Of a stretch of DNA of 64,000 bases, positions 24,000-36,922 are shown piece by piece; positions within the stretch are counted from its first letter, which is position 1, and each line of letters starts with the position of its first letter. The DNA comes from Centroscyllium fabricii (Eukaryota), in the NCBI GenBank assembly GCA_051313645.2, contig JBNRSN020000008.1, forward strand, positions 115,258,001-115,322,000, read 5' to 3'. A model generated the notes under the pieces. That model was not told where the DNA came from, searched no databases, and saw only the letters and a list, made by a program, of their open reading frames with translations. The position numbers were made by a program, and so were the translations under genes.

Positions 24000-24992
24000 T
24001 CCTAGCACTGGGGGATAGTGCCACCAAAACATGGGATTGCCCCGAATGCCGCTAAACCTCACAATGTTACCCAGTACTGCTGAATAGTAGGAGGCCTAAA
24101 ATTCATGGGGCTAACGTCCTGCCATAACTGCCCAATAGGAACTTCTGCTGCTGACCCACCAGACTATGCAGGGTCAGGGGAGGATCCCCAAGTCAGATAG
24201 TCCCAGCTGGCACCCAGGAGTTCATCTTGGAAGTCTTCCTGAAAAAAGACAATGGACATTTGGCTCTGGCAAGCAGTCTACAGGGCCTGCCAGCATGCTT
24301 GGCCTGCAAGGAACCAAGGAGAGCTACAGTTGATCTGCTTTATAAAGGGACCAAAACAATTAAATATCAGTCAAAATCTTCAAAGGCTCAGACTAGATCC
24401 CATGCCTGGACCCCCAGGCTTTGCTTCTTCTCACCTGATGTTATGGCCTGATGGTGGATTCCTCAGCTGGGACCAAGTTCCTGCCACCCTGGCAGTTCCC
24501 TTCCTGTTACAGATACGCTTGTTTGGGGTGGACAGAGGTTCTATCCCAAATGAGACCCCTGGAAACTGACAGCAGAACCTTGGACTGAGTGTTTTTGGTC
24601 CCGGCCTATTTCTTTTGGACCTTCTGCTGCACTCCGAGTGCAGCAGAAGGCGCGTGAAAATTTGGGGCCCAGATATCTTAACTCCATCATGATGTGTATT
24701 CTTAACTTTAATTTTATCCCTCATCAGTTTTAAATAGGCAAGGTAAAGACTATTTACAGTTTTCATAAAATAATGGACAGTTGCAGATTTCAAAGCATCA
24801 GTAAAAATAGAACTTGACTTATTCAGTCACTGTAAATTGATGCTATTCACTACATAGCATAAGCACCTTTATTCTTGTAGAACAATATAGCCTTCAATTT
24901 ACCATGAACTGTGCCTTGACAGATCTGCTAGTAGTTATTATAAATCTGTGTTTGTAAAGTAGTTGTTAATGGTTCTGTGTATCCACCTTTAG

Positions 24993-25081
24993 ATATTGCT
25001 ATTGGAGCACCTTATGATGTAAATGGCAAAGTTTTCATATACCACGGGTCTGGTTCTGGAATAAATACAAAACCTGCTCAG
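24993..25081 (+). CDS. ITGA6: Integrin alpha-6 exon 8 equivalent
   Basis: cctttag| DIAIGAPYDVNGKVFIYHGSGSGINTKPAQ |gtaaga. Confidence 0.95.
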
Positions 25082-25928
25082 GTAAGAACTATCGCCAAAG
25101 TTGCACGTTTGTAGAGGTTTTGTAGTTTGTACATAAAGTATTGTTACCAATAGGAAAAACAGTTTGAAAAACCGTTTACTCAACTATACAACAAAATTGT
25201 GACAAACATACACTTTTAGTCGGTTGAATTTTTAACTTGGGTGTTAAACCTTTCACATGCTATTCCTAGCAATACAAAATACAAGATCACACAAAGTATT
25301 TTTCAACAGTGAAGCCATCAGCTAAGACCAGGCAGTTTGGCTACAAGAACTCCATAACGTGCAAGTTTCTACAACCAACATGACTAAAGTGTTAACCTTG
25401 AATTGACCAGAGTATCGTAAGCATCTTTGCTATTGTCAAAGATTGTCTATCTCTTTGATTATGGACGTGTAGCTGTTTAATCTATTGTAATTATAAGAGA
25501 TGAAACTGTTGGTCACCCTTTGTTTGTTTCAGTACAACTACAGAGGTGGTCCCATGTCATCTTTATACCAGCCTGGGATAGTGGATTTGTTTGACAGCTG
25601 TATTTGAGAGCTTTAAGAAGGGAACAGGCTCATTTATTGACTTTAGCCCTTTTTAACAGACCGCTCGGTGGTCAGAGGTCTCCTGTTACAGAATTATGTC
25701 GGGTGTCATGAGTCAGTCTACAGGGAATTTCAGTCTTGTAGTCAGCAGCCTAAGCACTGCCAGTGTTTTAAAATTTCAGCCCAACCAGCAGAAATAGTTG
25801 CACTAGATGTCAAATGGTGGCCTGTTCTACATGGTTAGAAGCGAGTCTGCATTTTGAGGTCAGTGAGATCATTTTGACCTTGTACGATAGTGTAAAACGG
25901 GTGATAGCACATTGGCAACCCAGTTTAA

Positions 25929-26247
25929 ACATAGAAACATAGAAGATAGGAGCAGGAGTAGGCCATTCAGCCCTTCGAGCCTGCTCCGCCATTCAATGAG
26001 ATCATGGCTGATCATCCAAACTCAGTACCCTGTCCCTGCCTTGTCCCCATATCCCTCGATCCCTATCGAGCCTGCACTGACACATATCCCACCCTATCCC
26101 CATAACCCCACATATTCAATCCCCCTAACACAAAGGGTCAATTTATCACGGCCAATCAACCTAACCCGCACATCTTTGGACTGTGGGAGGAAACCGGAGC
26201 ACCCGGAGGAAACCCACGCAGACACGGGGAGAATGTGTAAACTCCAC
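25929..26247 (-). mobile_element. HE1/V-SINE, 5'-truncated
   Basis: nearly identical to 10117-10420. Confidence 0.88.
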
Positions 26248-26779
26248 GTTTACATCTCTCCTCATTTTTATTTCCATTTTCTTCACTATATGAGTTACCC
26301 CCAATATTTGGAGAGAATATGAGTGACGGCTTTATTATTTTATGCATCGAGTAATGTACGTTGCCTTTGTATTTTTTACTGATCATCTGTATTGTGCAAA
26401 TAAGACCACTTTTTGGTTCAAAACCTGAGTCTCAGTCTGGGAAGAATATATATTGTCCACTTTTAAAGAGAGAGAATCATGTGGCTGCATGTGATACCTT
26501 CCAGTAAGCAGTGTGCAGATTAAGGATTCTGTTATGATCCCTGGGTCTCACGATTGTTTACCTAGATATTGATCAGCAAAAGTTATGCTCCAGTTCATAG
26601 GGGATACAAGGTTTGCTTACTGGAGTAACTAATGGTGTTGAACTCGAGGGAAAAAAAACTAGTGTAATTGCCCAGAAATGTGACAAATAGATACCAGATA
26701 TTGCAGCTGAATTATATTCTCATAAAACAGATTGAAAAGTTTGTTTTTGTCAAAAATCATAACTATACATCTCATACAA

Positions 26780-26912
26780 TAGCAAAACAACAGAAAATGC
26801 TGGAAACACTCAGCAGGCCAGGCAGCATCTGTAGAGAGCGAAACAGAGTTAACGTTTCAGGTCGATGACCCTTCATCAGAACTGGAACAAGTTGGAGATG
26901 GAACCGGTTTTA
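26780..26912 (-). mobile_element. Penelope tail fragment with hammerhead core (26847-26883)
   Basis: minus strand agtt CTGATGA a gggtc-atc-gacct GAAACGTT aact; flanked by repeated aactatacatctc (26761 and 26912). Confidence 0.8.
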
Positions 26913-27319
26913 ACTATACATCTCTTTAGTTTGCTGGTATTTTCGATTTTGACCTCAAAGACTATTTGGAAATGGCAGATGAGGAACATCAGTTGCTTTG
27001 TTATTTTCTGGATTGTCTAGATGGCCTTTGCAGCAAAAGAAACCCAGCAGAATGTTTGAATGAAGATCCTTTTTGTAATGTAAGGTTTACATGCTGCATT
27101 TGCTAACACATTTGGATTGTGATGATACTGTTATATCCAAGTGCTGTTCAGCTTTCGATGTCCAGCTCATGGCATTATCTGAGACTTGCCAGCTATTGCT
27201 GTTCTAGATATATAGTTTATTCCATTAGTTGACAATCTCAAAGTAAAATGTAATCAATCCTAATCATTTTTAAATCTCCTTTCCTTCCTTCCTTCTGTTC
27301 CTTTCCTCCTTCCTCCCAG

Positions 27320-27447
27320 GTTCTCGATGGGAAAAATTTACCTGTCACTCACTTTGGCTACTCTCTTGCGGGCAACCTGGATCTAGATGAAAACCACTAT
27401 CCTGACTTGGCTGTTGGATCACTTAGTGATGCAGTCTTTATGTACAG
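27320..27447 (+). CDS. ITGA6: Integrin alpha-6 exon 9 equivalent
   Basis: long pyrimidine tract then cag| VLDGKNLPVTHFGYSLAGNLDLDENHYPDLAVGSLSDAVFMYR |gtgaga. Confidence 0.95.
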
Positions 27448-28149
27448 GTGAGATATTTTGCAGTAGTTTTGTTAAGAGTATAATATCTGGATCACACAAC
27501 ACTTGCAATTCTAAAAAATATTGCTTTGAAAATCCTTGGGCTTCCGGCATACTGGGGCAGAAGTTGGGAACTAGATGGTCAACAGGGTGGAGATTCGGGC
27601 AAAACCCGGAAATGCTCCCATGCTCCAAACCCACCCTTTTTTTGATGGGAAAATTCCAGCCCAAATCTCTGCCCAGAAGATCCCCTGCTGGCAGTTGCAG
27701 ATGGGCCTGGAGCATGTAGAACTTCCGTCCAACCCAAATCAACTGATGACATCAAAGGCTTTCATTCTATTCATTTTCAGCTGGTGTGCAATGGCAATTG
27801 CCCTATCCTGCACATGAGTGCCAGATACCCAGAAAGCTGACATGATTCCTTAATTATACAACAATCGACCGTACCAGCCCTCATGACAGCCATACACCAG
27901 CATGGTTGATTGGTGATCAGTGGTATCCTATGCTGTCTTCTGCACTCCAGGAACACATGTGCCTCTTTAAACAGCTGCAATGTTTTACATGCTGTACCTC
28001 TGAATTTCCCTCTTTCCCAGTGGCAATAAACATATTAGGAGCAGTATTACTGCTCCAAACCTGCCCTGCATACATAATGAGGGCCGCAGTTGGAAATTGT
28101 ACTGCGTTAGCAGCAGAATCACATGGGTGGGAGTTAGTCCTGCTCCACA

Positions 28150-30045
28150 GCTAACATACCATTGGTAGGATAATTCAATCCTTGGGATCAACCTCATAGC
28201 TCTTCTCTGAACTTGCATGTCTCTCTCGTGTCTCAGTAACCAGAATTAGACACAGTACTCGATGTGCAGTCTGACCAAAGTATTATAAAGTTTGATCATG
28301 ACTTCATCTGGCTTTCATAGTCTATAGTTTTGGCTATGTAGTTCAATATTCCATTGGCCTTGTTGATTGCTGCTCTGCATTAGTTGGACATCTTGAGCAT
28401 TGGGACGACTAAGTTCTCTTTCAGTTCATCCTTAACTAATTCAACAGCATTCATGGAGTACATATTTCACTTATTTTTCCTTCCTATGTGCAGTATTTCA
28501 AAATTTCATCTGCTATTGGTCTGCTCACTTACATATTTTATCCTGCTCATTCTGTAACTTCTGGGCTGCCTCTTCCACTTCCAATGCTCCTCCGAATTTG
28601 GTATCATCTGCAAATCTGACTACTTTGCATTGAGTTTCTGAACCAAGGTCATTTATGTAAATTCGAAACAGTAGCACTCCACTCAGTTCTTCCCCCTTAC
28701 TCTGATATAATGGGCTGGATTTTCATTCAGGAGTCGGGTAGGAGGCGGGACTACAACTTTCGAGGTTGTAGTCCCACCTCCATCGAGATGTGGCCAATCC
28801 ACGCGATTTTAACTTGATTGACCTTGTTTGTTGGGCCCGCCCAGCAGGCTTAGCAGACCAATTAAGGGCCACCCAGCAACAGGTGACGTCACAGATTGAA
28901 ATTTCATCTGGCAAGAGGTTTTGACAGATGAAATATCAGTGTTTCACAGCTGTTTGAAGCTGTTAAACACTGACAGTCTTACTTCTAACCTGAGTCCTTC
29001 TCCACAGACTCAGTTAGAAATCTCTCCTGCACAGAAAGCTGAAGGCACAGTTCGCAGCCATTCTGCTTTCTGTGCTGGTGAGATGAAGGACTCCCGAGAC
29101 CTAAAGGAAGGAAGGCTGAAAAGGTCATTTAAACTTCTTTAGATACACCAAACACACTTACCTTTGCACTCATGCACACATCACTCACCTGAACACCGAC
29201 ATCTCGACCCCTCCAAGTCCTTCAACCCAACGGTTCGCCTCGCAAACCTGGCGTGGTTTGGAGCCGTCGGGAATCCCACACTTCAGCATGAAAAATAGGG
29301 ATTAGGCTAAAAACTATCTGTTAACAGGCAGTTAATTGGCACTAATCCCTTCCCGCCTCGGGTAGGCGGATCCAGTGCGGGGCGGGTACTCGCCTCTTTT
29401 GAAACTGGCATGGAGGCGGGTTTGGGTGCGGGATGGGGTCGGGACCCCTGATTTCAGGATTTTAACCCCCCCACACACCTCCAATCCCAACTCCACGGCC
29501 CAATGAAAATGCAGCCCAACATCTCTAACGAGTACTGCTTTAGTTTTAATTAATGGCCTTTCATGTGGAACTTTACTAAACACTTTTTGGAAATTGAGGA
29601 ACATCGTAGGACTTTCCACAGTCCACTTGGAATGTTACTTGTTCAAAGCAGCCACGGATGCTGGTCTGACAGAATCTTCCCCTTTTGAATCCACGTTGAC
29701 AGCTGGTTACTAGGTTATTATTGTACAGATAACCCTCAGGCTCATTCCTGACGATCAATTCATTATTTTACACAGAAGTGAAGTGAGCGTAATGGATCTG
29801 TAGTTGTCTGAGTCGATTTTGTCACACCTTTTCTGAATATTGGCACCATGTTAGCCTGTTTCCAATCTACTAGTATCCACAGTGTCTGTTGGCTCAATCA
29901 TAATGATCATCAGTGCCTCATAAATCTCCTCCCTAGTCTCTCTCAACACACTGGGATAAATACCATCTATCCCTGATTATTTATTTTTGAGCCCTTTTAG
30001 CCTTTATAGGAATTCTATCTCATTTATATAAAAGTTGTTGATTTT
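28150..30045 (-). mobile_element. Old CR1 LINE RT fragment, split by a MITE
   Basis: degenerate RT motifs (QRGFKRGRFCQT, FLNFQKVFSKVPH, ADD, QRRAMRLIP). Confidence 0.8.
28712..29517. mobile_element. Harbinger-type MITE
   Basis: TIRs GGGCTGGATTTTCATT / AATGAAAATGCAGCCC (15/16); flanks AAT/AAC. Confidence 0.8.
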
Positions 30046-30082
30046 ACTTAGGCATTTAATGTATTATTTTCTTCTTACTTAG

Positions 30083-30178
30083 GGCACGGCCTGTTATAGA
30101 AATCATAAAGAAAGTCACTACTTCACCCCCAAATATTGATATTAATGAAAAAAATTGCCCGAATCATAAAGGATTTTG
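30083..30178 (+). CDS. ITGA6: Integrin alpha-6 exon 10 equivalent (start of thigh domain)
   Basis: tacttag| (R)ARPVIEIIKKVTTSPPNIDINEKNCPNHKGF(C) |gtaagt; RPV motif after the propeller. Confidence 0.93.
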
Positions 30179-30240
30179 GTAAGTAATTAAAAACAACAAA
30201 AAGCATCTACCTATCTACATTTATTTAAGATCTCCCGTTG

Positions 30241-30405
30241 TGTGGTTCACTGTTGTATAATACACTGGTGTGGTTCGCTGTTGTATAATACACTGGTGTG
30301 GTTCGCTGTTGTATAATACACTGGTGTGGTTCGCTGTTGTCTAATACACTGGTGTGGTTCGCTGTTGTCTAATACACTGGTGTGGTTCGCTGTTGTATAA
30401 TACAC
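30241..30405. repeat. Minisatellite, 28-bp unit x about 5.9
   Basis: TGTGGTTCGCTGTTGTATAATACACTGG head-to-tail with no spacers. Confidence 0.95.
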
Positions 30406-32154
30406 GAGCTGAGAAGCAGCTGCTGGTGATGGGTGCAGGTCGGGTGTGGGAGAGGGAGGGTTCTGGCCAAAGCTGCAGACTGGCACTTCACAGATGGCTT
30501 TCAGGCTGCAGGTGGTGTCTGGCAGATGCAGCACGTATGAAATTTCTGTTTAATATCAAATACACCCCCGCACACTTCTTTTCTTGCCTTTACCAATATG
30601 GCGGCCAGCTAATTTCCGACGAGGAATGTGCACACGCTTGCCACCCGCCATATTGGATGCTTTGATGCCCAGTTTACACCTGTAAAATGGGCGTGGCATC
30701 AACCAATTTTTAGCATGTTCCCAAAGTGATGGCTGAAGCGGCTTGATACCAGGCAAGTTATATACTTTGAAGTTTGAACTGAGACAAAGAAAGATCAAAA
30801 CGCTGCTTCCACACTTGCCAATCACAAATAGGTTTCAAAGACACACACACTGCAAGACAAGATATCAACCATGTAAATCACAATCCTTCAGGTATAGCTA
30901 GACTGTGAAAGTCTTCCTTCCAGGGCCCCTTGATAGTATATTTGCAAATGTTATGGACAGGAATGTATGACCTGGTGACCAATATTTACTGTTTCTAACA
31001 TTTGAGTGAACCTTGCATTAAGGGATCCATTAGAGGTGATTCTGAAGTTAAACAGGCATGTGAGACAGATAATATTTCATATATAGGCAGGTTGCTTCCC
31101 TGTAATCAAATTAAAGTGACGACAAACTGGACAACTAGCAAAATCTTCTAAGGAAATATTTTAAAATATATTTGAAAGAAGACGGATCTTCCATCCATCA
31201 CAACCTACTCCATCTCAGGTTTTTTTAAATAGTTTTTTTCAACATATTTGATCTTTGGTAACTAAAGAGAGATTAGCCCTTACCTTCTGCAGTCCCCTTC
31301 CCTAAACTCAAGTACACACATGAGTTTCCGTTGTAGGCTCTTCATGACTTGATTGTTGTTTTCACCTGTCAAATCAAGGAGGACCCACAGCAGAAACGCA
31401 CATGCTAACAAGTCTCTCATACCCAGGTACTCGAAAGATTGTGAATACTAAATGAAGAAAAACAAATAAAAGTCAGGCTGGAAACTGGCAGACAGCGAGT
31501 AATGGTAGGGAGACTGGCTAGCAATAGTTGTAGAGTTGGGGCTGGATTGAGCAGAGAGGCTGGATTGCGATCCAGTTTGGTCGGCCAGAGAGACTGGAAC
31601 AGACATAGAAGCTCAGCAAATCAAGACCTGGAGATGCAGCCATGCTTCAAAGTGAGATGCAAGCCGGGCAGAGCAGATTGTGTGGATTGGTGACTGGGCA
31701 ACTGGAAGAGAACAGTTAAACTTGGGGGAAACTGCTAAAAATAATTACATTATTAAAAAACTTTAAATGGCTGTTTTATATGCTCTTCTGAGGATCTGAA
31801 TGCTCTCTGATGTTGTGTGGTTAGCATGAAGTAATCAGGAAAGCTGGATGTTCATGGCTAACTGCAGTATTACTATGTTACGGCCACTCACACAAAGCTT
31901 TTATGGATAGATTCATATTTGGCAAATGGGTAGAAATTGAATATTTGTTCTACCAATCTAAATAATAGTCTAAACGAGGCACTTCTTTCATCCCATCTAT
32001 TCCCCATTTGCCAAATATGAAGTTAGATCTATACTGTGTCTCCAGAATCTAGATTGTTTTCTAATCTGTTGTTTTTAACCCCCCGTTCCAGTAGTAATTT
32101 ACTGCATTATTTTCAGGTTTCTTTGTTTCCAATACAATATGTTTTTCTTTGCAG

Positions 32155-32216
32155 TGTGACTGTTAGGGCATGCTTTCAGTACACAGCTCACCCCAGTGGT
32201 TTCAATCCCAGGATAA
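32155..32216 (+). CDS. ITGA6: Integrin alpha-6 exon 11 equivalent
   Basis: tttgcag| (C)VTVRACFQYTAHPSGFNPRI |gtaagt. Confidence 0.93.
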
Positions 32217-32301
32217 GTAAGTGAAAGAGAAATCTCCCACACCTTTATTGTATTTTTATTTTTAGCTCTTGAGTTATTAATATGATTATTTCCCTATTTA
32301 G

Positions 32302-32468
32302 CTGTAGGCTACCTGCTTGAAGCTGACACTGAAAGAAAAAAGATGGGTCTGCAATCAAGAGTGTCATTTATTAATCAAAACCGTGATCATGGTTACCAGC
32401 TCTCTGGCAAAATTGTATTGGATATGCAAAACAAAGAGACGTGTATCATCGAAATACTGCAGCTTCAT
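32302..32468 (+). CDS. ITGA6: Integrin alpha-6 exon 12 equivalent
   Basis: tatttag| TVGYLLEADTERKKMGLQSRVSFINQ...KETCIIEILQLH |gtgaga; 85-nt upstream intron. Confidence 0.92.
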
Positions 32469-33189
32469 GTGAGAATTTTTTAACATTAAACATTTAGTCA
32501 GTCTATCTTAGTCAGTCTTTTTATATTAGTGGCTGGGCTATACCCATATTAAAATAATCTTTACATACACCTTAAAGATGTTAAACCATCCTAGAAATGA
32601 AGTGCAGCACATTAAGTTTTTCAGCCAGTACATTTGTTAGATCTTCAGTTAATAAATGAAGGACTACAAATACCGGAGGCTGTATGATGCATTGAACAAA
32701 TGCACTGCCTTTTCATTTCTGTGACCCAGTTTTCAGCTATAAAGGATCTATTTGAATTGAATTTCAATAGCGTTAACTCAGTCTTGAATGCATCTGCGTC
32801 TATTGATCCAAACTACTCAAATGGGCAGTCTGACTTTGAGGATGGCTGGTATAGGAAATTCAGAAAACCCACACTGGTGCAATAGTGGGTCCTCTTCTGA
32901 GGTTCAGCGATGGTGTCGGGGAAAACAGAGAGCATTACTCCCTCTCTGGCCGATACTATACTTGATCTGTGTGTATTTGATGCGGGAGGACCTTGATTTA
33001 TCACGGCTCTGCTGGCAATGTGGATCCTCGCTGGTGGTGGGCATCGGTCATACAGCTGGAATTTGTGACTTCGTCCACTTGATTCACATGAGCCTAATAT
33101 TCACATACAGTTTTGAAATAAACCGAGGATGTGCTACAGCGATGCAGGAACCTCAATATGAAATTTTTAGGGAAATGAGATCCCAAACT

Positions 33190-33953
33190 TAGCCGGAAGG
33201 GCGGGAACCTGGCGGGGATTGGTCTGGGCGGCTTCCTGTCCCGCCCACCCAAACAGCTGGGAAGGCCACGCAATTTTAATTTAAAAGTTGTTAAATCCAC
33301 GCCGGCGGCAGCGGGTGGTAATTAACTCAATCGAGTCGGGCTGCAGCGGGGCTGCGAGGAGTTTGATTGACAGTTCCAGCACTGGTTGTTGACCGTTCCC
33401 ACGGAAACACTCCACTGTGACCTCACAGTCGAGTGAAACCAATGGGCAAGGTCAAGTGCTGGTGACTGACAGGTGGGCTGGGGGGACTCAGAATCCTTGA
33501 CAGCTCGCACTGGCTGTGAGCAAATGTGCAGAGCTGAGATTTCTCCGTTTCTGCTCACAGCTGGTGCAGATAGCACGGAGTAACTTACTCCTCTAAGGTG
33601 CTGGAGGCACGCCAAGCATTTGGCAGCATGTCCTTCACACCTTGAAGGAGAAAGTAATAACCAGCGCTGTGCTCCCGCTGGGTTTCACCCAGCGGGGTTT
33701 AAAGTGACGGGGTTAGGGCGGGAAACAGCTCAAAATGGCTGAGGGCCCTTAAAATGGCATTAAAGATGCCAATTAAGGGCCCTTAACGAGGTTGCAACCC
33801 ATCCCCGCCGGCCGGCGGTGGGAAGGTTTCGGGGCGGGGGAAAATGATAAAGCGGCGGGGATACGGCGGGGGGGGTCGCAACCCACTGGTTCCGCTATTT
33901 TGCCGGCCGAGCCACCGAAAACCCTGCCTCACGGGGACATGAAAATCCCCCCC
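33190..33953 (-). mobile_element. Non-autonomous Harbinger derivative
   Basis: 33660-33953 is the reverse complement homolog of 60969-61255 (gggggg-attttcatgtcccc, gttaagggcccttaattggcatc). Confidence 0.82.
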
Positions 33954-34069
33954 TATATTTCCCATCTTTGAGCGAGACTCCATCGCTGCACGCAGCTGAC
34001 CTTTATAAAACTGGCCCATAACCAGGAAACTGGCTTTGCAGTGCCTTTTAAAGAAAGTTTCTGTTTCTT

Positions 34070-34790
34070 AAAAATTTGTTTACGGGATGTGGGTGACATT
34101 TATTGCCCATCCCTAGTTGCCCCAATGACGTGGTGTTGAGACTTAGCCTTGAACCGCTGCAGTCCTCATGCTGCTGTCACAGTGGTATTGGGAAGAGGAT
34201 TCCAGAATATTGACCCAGCGACGATGAACAGACGGTGATGCAATTCCAAGTCAGAATGCGCCTGACTTGGAGGTGATGTTCCCACAATATTCTGTCCTAG
34301 TCCTTCTCAATGGTAGAGGTTGTGTGGAGGAAAGTGCTGTCCTAGTAACCTTGGTGAGTTGTTGCAGTGCATTTTGTAGATAGTATATACTGCATCTATA
34401 GTGATGGAGTGTGTTGATGCTGAGTCCAGTAGCATGGGGCTGTTTAAGCGACGTTCGCTGTCCTGAATGGTGACGAGCTTCGGGTGTTATTTTGGTTTCA
34501 CCCATCCAGTGAGTGGTAATATTCCATCACACACCAGCTTAAGTGTTGTAGATGGTGGAGAGGCTTTGAGGAGTCAGGAGATGAGCTACCTGTCAGAGTA
34601 CCCAGCCTCTGCCCTTCTCTTCATAGCCACAGTTTTGATATGGCTTGTCCATTTAAGCTTCTGGACAGTGATTCCGCCCCCCCCCCCCACCGGTGGAGAT
34701 GGTGGGGGACTTAGCGATGGTGGTACTTTTGTACATTGTTAGAAGATGAGGTGTGAATGTTACCTGCCAAGCCTGAATATTGTACAAGTC
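34070..34790 (-). mobile_element. Old 3' fragment of the LINE family at 58340-60955
   Basis: colinear degenerate match to 58350-59150. Confidence 0.7.
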
Positions 34791-34907
34791 TGTCTTTCAG
34801 GTCCCTCCCAGAACTACAGATACTGTCCAGAAAAGGAGAAATAAAATAACTCTTTATTTAGAGCTGTTAATGGTAGATATGTGCTCCAAGCCCTATGCTT
34901 CTGCTGG

Positions 34908-35482
34908 GTGATCGGGGAGACCAGAACTAGGGGGCATAGTCTTAGAATAAGGGGGGGCTCTTTTAAAACTGAGATGAGGAGAAACTTCTTCACTCAGAGG
35001 GTGGTTAATCTATGGAATTTGCTGCCTCAGGGAGCTGTGGAAGCGGGAACATTAAATAAATTTAAAACGGAAATAGACTTTTTTAGCAGACAAGGGAATT
35101 AGGGGTTACGGGGAGCGGGCAGGGAAGTGGACCTGAGCTATTGTTAGTATAGTAAGACCTGAGTGATCTCCTCGCCTAGATTGGGGTCGGAGAGGAATTC
35201 CCCAGATTTTTTACCCAAATTGGACCTGGGTTTTTATCCGGTTTTTCGCCTCTCCCAGGAGATCACATGGTTATTTTGGGTGGGATGAAGGGTGATAGTG
35301 GGAAGAAGGTTAGGGTAGGATCAGCCATGATCTTATTGGGTGGCGGAGCGGGCTCGAGGGGCCGATTGGCCTACTCCTGCTCCTATTTCTTATGTTCTTA
35401 TGTTCAGCCATGAACGCATTGAATAGGTGCAGGCTCGAAGGACTGAATGGTCTACTCCTGCACCTATTTTCTATGTTTCTAT
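34908..35482 (+). mobile_element. CR1 3' end with composite tail
   Basis: GETRTRGHSLRIRGGSFKTEMRRNFFTQRVVNLWNLLP, then hairpin tail and (ctatgttt) repeats. Confidence 0.88.
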
Positions 35483-35602
35483 AACATGTGTTTGTACCAG
35501 TCCTTAACCTAAGAGTGTGTTGAAATACCCCGAGTGGGAGGAGCAACTATGATGACCGGTTGCTGTTCAGTGTGTGACCTATTGGCATGGTTGTGACTTA
35601 GA

Positions 35603-36432
35603 GGGGTCAATTTTCCTCAAGGTGTGGGGAATTGGTGAGTTCCCCGTTGATCACTTTTTCTTCCTGCTTTCTGAAGGGTGTGGGAGCCCCACGCAATTTT
35701 GGCTCAATTGGCCAGTTAAATCCCCGCGTGTGGGAAGCCCCTGCCAATTGATTGATTTAAGATAAAAGGCCGGCAGGGTTTCCACTGTGTAACCACCATG
35801 ATTGACAGCTCGAACTAGTCTGGTCTGTTTCTTTCTGTTGTTTCAGTGGATTGCGATGTCACAATCCACTGTCAACAGAATCTAAACGCAAGTCGATGAT
35901 TGACAGCTTTAAGTGGTTTGTTTCACTGGCAGGCTCCTGACAGCAAGGGAACGCCTATCTGTCAATCACTAGAAAGCAGCTGGAAGGTAAGTTTTTGAAA
36001 GGTTTTTCCCACTAATCTTGGGCACCCTAGGTAGACAATTAGACCTCCAGCATGCTGGAGGCCAGGACGCCATTCTGCTACAGGTGCTTCAATGCCTTGA
36101 AGGTGAAAGTCAGCAAACCGAATGTGTCCCCGCTGGATTTCACCGGCGGGGTTTCCAGCTGGTGGGTTTTGCGTGGGAAAAGGCTGAAAATTGCAAGGAG
36201 CCCTTAAAATGGCATTATACATGCCAATTAAGGGTCCCTAATGAGCCTAACGACCATCCCTGCCAATGCCGGGCGAGACTGAAGTGGGCTGATCGGACCC
36301 GCCGGGCTGAAACTGACAAGCTGGCGGGAAACCGGCGGGAGGGGTCACGACCCCCCGTTTTTGCGATTTCTTTTTTTTTCCCCTCCCCGGCCGCCGAAAA
36401 AGCCGCCTGTCGGCTCCAGGAAAATTGATCCC
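35603..36432. mobile_element. Harbinger-type MITE with 3-bp TSD
   Basis: AGA|GGGGTCAATTTTCCT ... AGGAAAATTGATCCC|AGA (14/15 TIR); shares the cccttaaaatggcatt...gccaattaaggg motif with the Harbinger end. Confidence 0.85.
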
Positions 36433-36544
36433 AGAATCTCTGAATCAGGAATGATGCAACAGTTGGAGCCATGTCTGACAACATTGTGGCTGCCAGTGCT
36501 TGCTCACTCTTCGGCAGTTGCTCAATCCTCTGAAGACCTTGGCT

Positions 36545-36922
36545 GGACGACACGGTGGCGCAGTGGTTAGCACTGCTGCCTCGCAATAAGGAAATCCTGG
36601 GTTCGAATCCTGCATGGCCCGGGACCTCTCTGCACGGAGTTTGCATGTTCTCCCTGTGTTTGTGTGGGTTTCCTCCGGGTACTCCGATTTCCTCCCACCA
36701 CCCAAAGACATGCAGGTTCGGTGAATTGGGCAAATTTTTTTAGTATCTCCATGAGTATGTGTGTGAGATACGGTTCTTGGAGTTGGGGGTGTCAGGGAAT
36801 GTGGGGAGAGGGTAGAAGGGGGGTGCTGGGGTTGGGTGATCAGCCATTATCTCATCAAAAATGGCGGAGCAGGCACGAAGGGCCGAATGGCCTACTCCTG
36901 CTCCTACCTTCTGTGTTTCTGT
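36545..36922 (+). mobile_element. V-SINE, full length
   Basis: tggcgcagtgg (A box), ggttcgaatcc (B box), V-domain, CR1 tail. Confidence 0.88.

Noticed and set aside
30241-30405. 28-bp repeats of CRISPR-like length
   Set aside because: Units are contiguous with no unique spacers, there are no cas genes, and the context is a vertebrate intron.
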